Source of the DNA: Corallochytrium limacisporum Hawaii
Lineage: Eukaryota; Protista; Pluriformea
Direction: 5' to 3'
NCBI GenBank assembly: GCA_002811645.1
Contig: PDIP01000009.1
Location: forward strand, 1-64,000
Length of the DNA: 64,000 nt
The notes beneath the pieces were generated by a model. It was not told where the DNA came from, made no database searches, and was given only the letters and a program-made list of their open reading frames with translations. Made by a program: the position numbers and the translations under genes. This document shows positions 55,446 to 64,000 of the stretch, piece after piece; positions within the stretch are counted from its first letter, which is position 1; every line of letters begins with the position of its first letter.

Positions 55446-56333
55446 ATGGGGTTCAAAATTTCCCAAATCTCATGCCTTCATGTAAGGCACAAGAAGTCTA
55501 AAAGGACACTGCACCCTAGCAATGACGGGAATGTAAGACCATTTGAGGCTGAACGGGAGGAGGCTGAGACCAATGCGGCCACTCCGAAGCCAGAAATCAA
55601 GGACCCTGGATTTGCGACGGAGGGCACACCTACTTTAGGAGAACAGAAGAAGACTGGCCAGGACAGTAAGACAGATGGAAAAGTTCCGACTAGACCAGCA
55701 CGAAAGACTCGTGGCGTGATTGACGGGATGGACCCGTCGCTTATGGAGCCGGCAGGCGCAAACCCCAACGTAATTTACAATGTGCCTGAGAACGCACCAC
55801 GTTTACGCAAGCCAGGCAGCATCAATGGCCAAAATGTTGCTATTATGAACTTACCCAAAGGGTCAAGTGCATGCGTTGTAGATTACATTGACTCTGCGTC
55901 CGTCGACGATTGCGTTGATGCCTTTGTGCTCATTGGGCCTACGCGTGGTTCAGTATTTATTCGGGACTGCACTGGGTGCACAGTCATTGCAGTATGTGGG
56001 CAAATGCGCCTGCGAGACTGCAAGAACATGACAGTCTACTTGCATTGCAAGACAGCTCCTGTGGTAGAATCTTCTACCGACATTACTCTCTGTCCAGTCA
56101 AACTCTCCTATGACAAGCTTGATACACAGATGCAATCTGCCGAGCTTGATCGTAGCGAAGACCAGAGCCATGCCGTCTACGACTTCACCCCGCCAGCTGA
56201 TGGAGAGCCAGCCAACTTCGTTTGGAAAGACGAGTTGCCATCCCCAGAGCTGCCTGCTAAGCTTACGGTGCTGCTGAAGCACTATCAATTGAATGTGAAG
56301 CTGGATCGCCTTGTCCGTCACAAGTGGCAGTGA
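55446..56333 (+). CDS. RP2: RP2/XRP2-like TBCC-domain protein, putative ARL3 GAP (295 aa)
   Basis: PGSINGQ, VDDC....LIGPTRGSVFIRDC, CGQMRLRDC (catalytic Arg kept), P.VESS, VYDFTP; N-terminal Gly2 and Cys10. Confidence 0.8.
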   Translation: MGFKISQISCLHVRHKKSKRTLHPSNDGNVRPFEAEREEAETNAATPKPEIKDPGFATEGTPTLGEQKKTGQDSKTDGKVPTRPARKTRGVIDGMDPSLMEPAGANPNVIYNVPENAPRLRKPGSINGQNVAIMNLPKGSSACVVDYIDSASVDDCVDAFVLIGPTRGSVFIRDCTGCTVIAVCGQMRLRDCKNMTVYLHCKTAPVVESSTDITLCPVKLSYDKLDTQMQSAELDRSEDQSHAVYDFTPPADGEPANFVWKDELPSPELPAKLTVLLKHYQLNVKLDRLVRHKWQ

Positions 56334-57083
56334 ATATGTTTGCAAAGAGTAAAGAATACTCATGTGTATCAGTAAAGAAATAACAATTGTCTAGTATCGC
56401 CAACATTTCCACGCAATCTGGATGACTTTCTAAGCGTTTGAATGCTCCATGGTATCCACATTCCCACATCCTGCGGCTTGACCATGGCACTGAGAGAGCC
56501 CGTTCTCACCCACCACAGTCAATTGCAGCTCTCATTGTTAAGGCGGGAAAATACGCAACTATAGTTGACCTATAGCCAGGCGACGGGGTCGTGCACTAAC
56601 AAGAAAGTAGGGGCACGGAAGGTTACCTCGCCAAATATTTCTCGTACTAGCACCGGGGCGGCCAAGAAAATTGGAGGCAATTCTGAAAAGTAGAAACGGG
56701 CGTATGTGGGCAGATGTTGAGCACCTGTTTGGATGAAAATTTTCTCCCAAGTAGGGAGGCACAGGAGCCGCCAAAAGTATTATGGACAATCGGGAAGAAG
56801 GCACGCTACGAATCCCTGTCGGGGCACGGGGGAGTCGGGTGGGCTTCGCCAGAGGTCGGGTCCTCATGCAAGTTCACGGATTAAGGAGCGGTCTCCGGTG
56901 CTTCTTCAGCCGCAGATTTAGCCCAAAGGCGGTTGCACGAAGCGATACGCGTAAGGTATTCATTGGATCAGAGCACGCCTCAAATAACCAGGGAGTACAC
57001 GGATCAGGAACATGGCCCCCGGACGAGGCACTAACCACTCGGGTTCGACGTGAGTTCGAGGCCAATAGACAGGATCTAAGGAC

Positions 57084-58715
57084 ATGCCTAGAACACCATT
57101 TCTAGGCCCTGCATTCCTGAAGGGTGTACGTCGTAACTACATGCGAAACTTGGTACTCAAAACCAGGCGAATGGCGACGAATGGGCAAGACGGAGGCGAC
57201 AATGGGTCGTCTAAAACTTCCCAAGAGGCACAGGAGAAGAATACGCGGGCCAGAGAGTTTATGATCACTCGCCTGCGTAACAACGGAGCGATTTACACGG
57301 ATCCATCTCTAAAGACTCGGATTCATACCTGTACACACCAAGCTAACATTATGATGGAAGACCGACATTGTCTTGCGCGGTATAGTGTGGTCGACAAGCA
57401 AGTAAATTCAAATGATGCCGTGGTAGCAGCAATTTTGGATGGGCATGCTGGTCATGGGTGTTCCGATTGGTCTAGTCACTACATGATACCTTTGTTGGCT
57501 AGACGTTTACGCATGCTGGACGATCTTAAAGTTGGCAAAGAGAATGATAGCGACTTCGGGCTCGGTCTCTTGCGAAGGCTAGCTCTTGCACATGCACTTC
57601 ATGACACAGACCAAGAGTTCTTTTGCAATGCGGAAATGGACTTTCGAGAGTCAATTAAGTCGTCAAGTGGAGAGACTCGCATCCCACAGCAACACCCTGG
57701 CTTTGCTGGTGCGTGCACGTTAATGGTTCATGTGACTGTCGATGCAATCACTGTGGCAAATACGGGAGACTGCAGAGCCATCATCGCAGAGGCCAACTCC
57801 ACTTCCGAATCGGGGTATGTCGCTAAACAGTTGACACTCGATCACACTGGTAGCGAACCATCGGAGATTGCGAGACTCCGAGCGCTCAAACCACAAGAGC
57901 AAGACGTCGTCAGCGAGGCACGGGTGAAGGGAGTCCTCCAACCTACACGCAGCTTGGGTGATGGACAGTTCAAGACAAAAGCTCTTCCTCTGCCTGGCTT
58001 GCCGATGAACCAAATTCTCCGTCAGGATGCTCTGTCTGGACGTGTATCCACAGGATTTGTTTGGGACCCTCCGTACGTGTCGTGCCAACCTGATACAACC
58101 ACCTTTGCGCGAACTCCGGAGCAACGCTTCTTGGTGCTGGCCACCGACGGTGTATGGGATAACTTAAGCAACCAAGAGGTTGCTGACATTGTAGGCGCTC
58201 ATTTGGGAAAGGAAACTGAAAATGACATTGCCGCATCTGTTGTCTACGAAAGCCTGCAAAAGGCTGCAAAGCGGCTAAAAGCAAGCAAGGAAGGGGGTTT
58301 CCACATGGCAGGAGATGCGGAGCTTACCTTCCTGTTGATGGACATGCCGCCAGGTCAAAGACGATATATTTATGACGACATCACAGTCATGGTGATTGAT
58401 TTGCACGGCAGGCCTCAGACGGGAGATAGATCGCTTGTGGTAGAGACTGGAGAGGTAGAACCCAAACCAACCATTGCACGCCGCGAGTACTTCCCCAACG
58501 GAGCGCCAGGGAAACGAAAGGACGAGGTACCCCAGACATTGCTACAGCAGTTGAAGGTGCGCGGTGATCAACTCGTCCGAGAGTTTTGGCCTAACCTAAG
58601 TTCATGGACGACGAACCGGCTTAGTATCCACGGCGCAGTTGAAATACCGGAGGTTGATGGTTCCTGTACTGATGTCGTAAACGCCGTCCGCGGTGCCTCA
58701 AAGTCGAAACTTTGA
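57084..58715 (+). CDS. PP2C phosphatase, PDP/Ptc5-like, ending in SKL (543 aa)
   Basis: MEDR, ILDGHAG, VANTGDCRA, RVKGVLQPTRSLGD, PPYV, FLVLATDGVWD, DDITVMVI; ends ...ASKSKL-stop. Confidence 0.93.
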   Translation: MPRTPFLGPAFLKGVRRNYMRNLVLKTRRMATNGQDGGDNGSSKTSQEAQEKNTRAREFMITRLRNNGAIYTDPSLKTRIHTCTHQANIMMEDRHCLARYSVVDKQVNSNDAVVAAILDGHAGHGCSDWSSHYMIPLLARRLRMLDDLKVGKENDSDFGLGLLRRLALAHALHDTDQEFFCNAEMDFRESIKSSSGETRIPQQHPGFAGACTLMVHVTVDAITVANTGDCRAIIAEANSTSESGYVAKQLTLDHTGSEPSEIARLRALKPQEQDVVSEARVKGVLQPTRSLGDGQFKTKALPLPGLPMNQILRQDALSGRVSTGFVWDPPYVSCQPDTTTFARTPEQRFLVLATDGVWDNLSNQEVADIVGAHLGKETENDIAASVVYESLQKAAKRLKASKEGGFHMAGDAELTFLLMDMPPGQRRYIYDDITVMVIDLHGRPQTGDRSLVVETGEVEPKPTIARREYFPNGAPGKRKDEVPQTLLQQLKVRGDQLVREFWPNLSSWTTNRLSIHGAVEIPEVDGSCTDVVNAVRGASKSKL

Positions 58716-58776
58716 ACACAAACAATAGGATTAAAACTTTCGATGGCGTATGTAGTTTATGGAGCAACGATGCATT

Positions 58777-61700
58777 TTACCTGACGGAATGCGATCGATT
58801 AAACTTAATTCGGGACCGCGGGCTTACTCCTCCGTCCTCATCATCACTATGAACTTCGGTTCGTACTGCAGATGGGGCGTCATCTGTAGCAGATGCCGGT
58901 TGGCTGCTTGGCTTCAGAGGCGACAAACCAGTACCCGCTATCGAACTGTCCAATTCTGTGGTCTTCCGGCATATGATGGCTTGTTTGTTGATGTTCGCGG
59001 AAAGATGCTCAATAAAATCTGGTTGGTTAGCCTCTGCATACATGAAACTGCGACCGAGGCCGAAGTTGATCGACGGGCTCCGCCCACGAGCAAGCAAATC
59101 CACTACCAATGATTCGCTGCTGTCGCTCAGATCCGACTTGACTACTGTGTCACCGTCTAGAGTGAACACAACCTGTGCAACCCCTGTGGCGACGTTACAC
59201 CCAACTCCAATGCACGATATGTCCTCCTCACCACCTGATGCCAGGGGCGAGAATGGCTCAGCGTACAGTTCTTCAGTGTCCGACACGCCATAGCGACAAA
59301 TCCGTAGGAGAAAGTCCCGGGTGCCTGGGACGATGCTAGCTATGAACAGGTCACCTCGGTTCACACAGATTCCCAGCATCTGCAGTGAAGGGGATGCCAG
59401 GACCTCGATGTATGCTTGTGGTACAGCCTTGCTGATGGAATAACGAAGGCTTGGGGAATTCACCATGTCCTGCACATTGTCATTATCAGGTAAGTCATCC
59501 CGCTCCCGTTCCTCCCCCTCTTCCAGAGCTGGACTAGACGATGGCGAAATTCCCATAGCCTCAGGCAATGGGGACGATACTTCAGTTTCGCGAACGGGCC
59601 AAACACTACTCATACGATTGAGTCTTGGCATCAAAAGTACATTGGTATCGTCCATTTTCGTCATCTCTTTTTCTGTTCCGTCAGCACTCTCGCGGTCTGG
59701 CTGTACGGGTGCCTTGTCCTTCGCTTTGCCATATAGCCAAGTCAAAGCTTTGGCATCCGCCGGAAGCTTGTAGCGAAGATCATGTTCTGAAAAAGACACC
59801 TCGCAATGCTGATCGCTGCTCAAGGAGAAAGCAGGGAACCAGTCTTTGGACATATTGATGTCGGTGAAGGCATAGCCAAGCCAACGTCCATTCTGGAAGA
59901 AACCCAAGGTTCCCGTTTTTGTGTTCAAAAGACAACCAATCACATCGTCAGCAAGCCATGGTGTTCCGTACCCCTCCTTCCAGGCCGCATTGTTTGTCCC
60001 ATGCCAAATGCTGCATCTGCTACCATCAAAACTATAGGAATGATCATCGTCTCCAACTCCAATACCTCTTTCTGGTTTAAAAAGACACTCATCAGTACAG
60101 ATGCCAATTTGCATGATTCCCCGGGTTCGGACCTGAACCTCAAAGTACCACTGTCCAGGATTAGCGCTGCTTACGCCCACATTAGTGCGACAGCTCTCGA
60201 ATGTCCAAGAATCATTCCGCAGTTCTCTGAAATCGTAGCTGCATTGCAAGTCGGCTGTCTTCGTGGAGTCAACCAAAGGAAAGTTTGGGGGCCCAAGGCC
60301 TCCCATGTGTCCGCTCGATAGAGTATCATGTCTGGGATGTTCGGCATTCATGATTTCAATCAAGTCCTGTGGAAGATTCTGCTGTGCGTCGGATCCTGCG
60401 AAGTCTTGACGAACCAAGGATACAGTCAGAGCAAGATTCACGTAGAATGAGATACACACAGTAGTCTGTCGCAGGGCCAAGTGCCATACTTTTTGCAAGA
60501 TAAACTTACCTCGTGGACTGTTTCTTTCTTCCGCGGGCCATCCGTGAATACAGCACAGGGCTAGCGTAATACAGATGCCCTCTGACATGCTCACCAAGTC
60601 ACGAATAACTCCTTCAATCTTCTCGGCATCTCCCATTTCGTCTCCTGTTGGAGTGGGTCGCAGATCCTCCGTACCCACAGAAGTATCTCTGTTCAAAAGT
60701 GGACTTGGAAGATCGCCTAGAGGACTTCCTTCACCGATCTCTGACCTATCGAAAAGTCTGCCGTCGTCGGGACTTTGGCGTAAACGTGCCCGCCTACTTA
60801 CAAACTGTAACTCTCCGGGCACATTGCTTGGAATACCCATGCTGTTCTCGGACTCAAATGGGCTGAAGTCTACATAGTCGCTCACCCGTTCGCGTCCAAA
60901 CGCATTCGATGGTCTTTCCATGCTTCCATACATCCGTACCTGTTCTTGATCAACGCCAGGCTCAGGAAAGGGTGGCTCCCCATCATCCATTTCGTCTTCG
61001 CTCTCTTCATCTAAGCACTCCCGTTGATCCAAGGCGTCCAAGACTCTCTCCCAGACCTCACAGAGGTGGTACTGGAGGGAGAAGTCGCGCGCAACATAGA
61101 CACAGCTTTGTTCATGCGCACACAGTGCACTGAGGAGTTGTACAGCAGCCACGCCCCTTTGCAAGTCAGCAAGGTGACCCTCCCCGATATCCCTGTGAAT
61201 TCCCTTCCGCAGCCAATGCAGCTCTGTTGCGCCACGTAGTGCAACATAGAGCATCATGGATTGAGCAAGGTACTCCTTATGTCCATTGCTGCGCGCACAA
61301 ATACCCAGCAACTGCATCTCCTCAACGCGACGAGAAGATTCCGGGCTGGACTGCATGTACACACGGTCAATCAAAGGGTCAATGATTTGCTTTTGCACTC
61401 GATGCTCCCAGCTGCTGCAAACAAGACCAAGAATGACCATAGTCTTGGCTGCCATTTGTGGCACCTGTTTACCAACTCGTTGCAGAACAACTTGCAGAAG
61501 AAGATCTCCCGTTGCGTCCTCTATGATCCGTTGCTTCAAATCATCGGATGTCATACTTAGGTTCAGAAGGAGGGCCACTGCCCAGAACTTCAATTCCTCA
61601 TCAGATGATCTAGCGAAATACGCAATTGTAGTGAGGCCTCCGTTGTCAACGACCAATTGATGGTATTTCTCACAGGCGCATATGAATCCCATAGTCTCAG

Positions 61701-63276
61701 CGACAAAGCGCGCCGGAAGAGCCTCAGTATTGGCGCCTACAGTAATCAAGGCCTCGATCAGACCTTCGACTTCTACCAGCGCAGTTACCGCTCTTTGGCC
61801 ATACATTGCGAGATCATGCGCAAGAACAATTGCCCAGTGGCTCACATCAGAGTCCTGTGAGAGCAGGCACGGAGTTAGCGCCCGAAGCAACCGCGATTCA
61901 ATGACTTGCAATTTGAAATCGTTGCAATTGATGGCAAGAATACCTATTGTTCGCAAAATAACTTTCTGGCTATTGGCTTCCCCTACTGCCAATAGACTCG
62001 CTAGTATTTTGACAATAAAGGGCTGTTTCCGCATTTCATCGTTTCCAACATCTTTTAAACTCATATCGTGAAGAATGAGCAATGACAAATATTGGAGCTC
62101 AGCGTCATCATATCTTAGACACCGAACAGCTCTCGATACAAGCCCAGCACGGACACAGTCACGTAGGCTGTCGACGTCATTGTCCCCATTGGTCAGTAGC
62201 CAGATGATGTGCATACTAAATCGGTTGATTTCACCTTCACTATGCCCAAGATGCAACGCCCTAATGACGCCACGTAGACAGCCACTCCGTACCACTGACG
62301 ATTTCAGCCCCTCTCTAAAGCTTTGTTGAAATGAGCCGTCCAGCAACAAACAGATTTCATGCAGGACGCGTATTGTATAGAGCAGCAGATTTCGACTCGT
62401 AGAAGTGTTCAGTATGCTGTTCAAATGGGCTAGGATGCCTTTGCGAACCAGTCGCTTTTTCCGTTCGTCATGGCGGCGACAAATGTCATAGATTGCCTGC
62501 AACGCTTTGACCTGGATCTTCCTGTCGTTTCCTGGGCGCGTGCACTCTAAAAACGCTGTCAACGCGCCACTCTTGCTCAGACGATGCGCAAACTCCCGAT
62601 TTTGTGCAATAGTTGCCAGAGTTGTAACTGCTCGCAGTCGCTCCGCTTCGATCTCACTTTCTGTTGCTTCTTCGTTAAGGACGGTAGTTGGGTTCTTGAC
62701 TATTGCAATGATATGAGCAAGTTCTTCTGGTTCTGCTGCGCGGTCAATGAGCATGCGGAGAGCACCACGTCGCAGGGCAACGTTGGGACTTGTAGTCAGA
62801 GCCGCAAGAGCATCCATTGACACTGCAGCTTCCAATGCCTTAATATCTAAGGCACGCTCACGACTGACGGTATGCATGCCACCGTTTCTCTGTCTACCAG
62901 GTATTGCAACCTGTGATCGCAGTCCCATTTGCGTCTCCGGTTCACGATCTGATTCATTAATCATTTGTAAGCTCGCAGACGTGTGGTCGAAAACCAAACT
63001 ATTTCTCAGCGAGTTTCCACTTTCTCCAATGCGAGCATTTTCTGTTGAATCATGAACAATGTTTCCTGACGGTTGAGGTCCACGATGGCTATCCCTTACT
63101 ATGTCCACAAAGCTATAGAGGCCACTCCTCATCTTTTCGCTTAATTCGTTTGGTGATAACCATGTCGAAAAGGCGTCGGACGTTACAAGATAAGTCCCAA
63201 CTCCTGTAACAACTGCTGCAGCCAGTACTAATCCAAAAGATTCTGCCGTAGTCACCGCGCTAGTTTTTGCAGACAT
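58777..63276 (-). CDS. Armadillo-repeat plus SPRY (RSPRY1-type) protein with N-terminal TM segment (1499 aa)
   Basis: N-terminal FGLVLAAAVVTGVGTYLV; many ARM-like helical repeats; SPRY ELRNDSWTFESCR, WYFEV...GIMQIG, GIGVGDDDHSYSFDG, DVIGCLLN, FPAFSL. Confidence 0.85.
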   Translation of the reverse strand: MSAKTSAVTTAESFGLVLAAAVVTGVGTYLVTSDAFSTWLSPNELSEKMRSGLYSFVDIVRDSHRGPQPSGNIVHDSTENARIGESGNSLRNSLVFDHTSASLQMINESDREPETQMGLRSQVAIPGRQRNGGMHTVSRERALDIKALEAAVSMDALAALTTSPNVALRRGALRMLIDRAAEPEELAHIIAIVKNPTTVLNEEATESEIEAERLRAVTTLATIAQNREFAHRLSKSGALTAFLECTRPGNDRKIQVKALQAIYDICRRHDERKKRLVRKGILAHLNSILNTSTSRNLLLYTIRVLHEICLLLDGSFQQSFREGLKSSVVRSGCLRGVIRALHLGHSEGEINRFSMHIIWLLTNGDNDVDSLRDCVRAGLVSRAVRCLRYDDAELQYLSLLILHDMSLKDVGNDEMRKQPFIVKILASLLAVGEANSQKVILRTIGILAINCNDFKLQVIESRLLRALTPCLLSQDSDVSHWAIVLAHDLAMYGQRAVTALVEVEGLIEALITVGANTEALPARFVAETMGFICACEKYHQLVVDNGGLTTIAYFARSSDEELKFWAVALLLNLSMTSDDLKQRIIEDATGDLLLQVVLQRVGKQVPQMAAKTMVILGLVCSSWEHRVQKQIIDPLIDRVYMQSSPESSRRVEEMQLLGICARSNGHKEYLAQSMMLYVALRGATELHWLRKGIHRDIGEGHLADLQRGVAAVQLLSALCAHEQSCVYVARDFSLQYHLCEVWERVLDALDQRECLDEESEDEMDDGEPPFPEPGVDQEQVRMYGSMERPSNAFGRERVSDYVDFSPFESENSMGIPSNVPGELQFVSRRARLRQSPDDGRLFDRSEIGEGSPLGDLPSPLLNRDTSVGTEDLRPTPTGDEMGDAEKIEGVIRDLVSMSEGICITLALCCIHGWPAEERNSPRGKFILQKVWHLALRQTTVCISFYVNLALTVSLVRQDFAGSDAQQNLPQDLIEIMNAEHPRHDTLSSGHMGGLGPPNFPLVDSTKTADLQCSYDFRELRNDSWTFESCRTNVGVSSANPGQWYFEVQVRTRGIMQIGICTDECLFKPERGIGVGDDDHSYSFDGSRCSIWHGTNNAAWKEGYGTPWLADDVIGCLLNTKTGTLGFFQNGRWLGYAFTDINMSKDWFPAFSLSSDQHCEVSFSEHDLRYKLPADAKALTWLYGKAKDKAPVQPDRESADGTEKEMTKMDDTNVLLMPRLNRMSSVWPVRETEVSSPLPEAMGISPSSSPALEEGEERERDDLPDNDNVQDMVNSPSLRYSISKAVPQAYIEVLASPSLQMLGICVNRGDLFIASIVPGTRDFLLRICRYGVSDTEELYAEPFSPLASGGEEDISCIGVGCNVATGVAQVVFTLDGDTVVKSDLSDSSESLVVDLLARGRSPSINFGLGRSFMYAEANQPDFIEHLSANINKQAIICRKTTELDSSIAGTGLSPLKPSSQPASATDDAPSAVRTEVHSDDEDGGVSPRSRIKFNRSHSVR

Positions 63277-64000
63277 GGTGCTTAGAATCTACTGTTCATT
63301 CATTTCTCGCACATGATCAGCATTAAACCCCACCCCGAGGCTTATTTACAAATACCGATGACATGATTGGGGGAACACTACGACTCGTTTTCGAATGCTT
63401 TACTTTCCTCCTGAGTAGATATTCTGCCACGTTGTCGCCAAAATTCGGACTCTATGGTCAAAAATCTTTTGTAGCACCAATCACAAGCCGAGCATCTGAA
63501 GCAACCCCCTAAGATATTGCATAAAGGCCAGCCAGCCTTTTCAGGTCTATCCCTGGACGTTGCCTTGCGTCCGAATCTCTTTCTCGCGCGCCCCCTGCAA
63601 GCACCCATCACTTCGAGTCCGCAACCACCGCGAAATGGAACCCCCTCCGCTTCTTCCTTTTTCCCGAGGGTGTTATCCTCTGGACCTTTTGCTTCCACCT
63701 TCTCGGGCCCCAATTCGCCCATTGTGCGGCTATTACGCCGCGATGTCTTTGACTGGGTCCCTCGGTGGCCTCCTGTGTTTCACTGGGAGAAAGCGGGAGA
63801 AATTGTCATTCCACTCTGGCAGTGCAGGCTTTGGCTGGGCCGTACCCGTCTAACTTCCACGCCTCCCCCCCCCCCCTTGCCTCCACCTCGGGGCGGAACG
63901 GTGGAGCCCTCCCGTGCTCGGCCCCTGCGTGCTGCGTGGTGGCAATTTTGTATGCACAGGCATACCGCAGGGGCAAGGGGGCAAGACTATGGCCTGGGAG

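Overview
Gene-dense eukaryotic nuclear DNA, not prokaryotic, with three N-gaps. About 19 intact protein genes are recognisable, and all but Sec61beta (one 84-nt GT-AG intron) are single-exon. They are two tandem OPT-family transporters, a KRIT1/FRMD8-like FERM protein, a DUSP11-like RNA phosphatase, a TBC1D30-like RabGAP, PITHD1, an unusually long DNA polymerase gamma, an ACOT/BAAT thioesterase, ferritin, importin-11, GPATCH4, ABCE1, a TAO kinase, Sec61beta, prohibitin-1, an RP2-like TBCC protein, a PP2C and an ARM+SPRY protein. POLG plus animal-type signalling genes in a nearly intronless genome suggests a unicellular holozoan such as Corallochytrium (inference only). The most striking signal is a collapsed fossil of an inner-arm axonemal dynein heavy chain: a tail fragment is fused directly to the frameshifted C-terminus and the whole motor is missing. 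It lies next to an EF-hand (EFCAB10-like) relic and an intact RP2, which may record flagellar decay. Other leads are a PP2C with a presequence-like N-terminus and C-terminal SKL, a possible two-state RNA structure and uORF upstream of ferritin, conserved non-coding blocks upstream of both OPT genes, and further decayed-gene candidates. No tRNA, rRNA, CRISPR array or clear transposon was found. All family calls come from motif recognition by eye; no database search was run.
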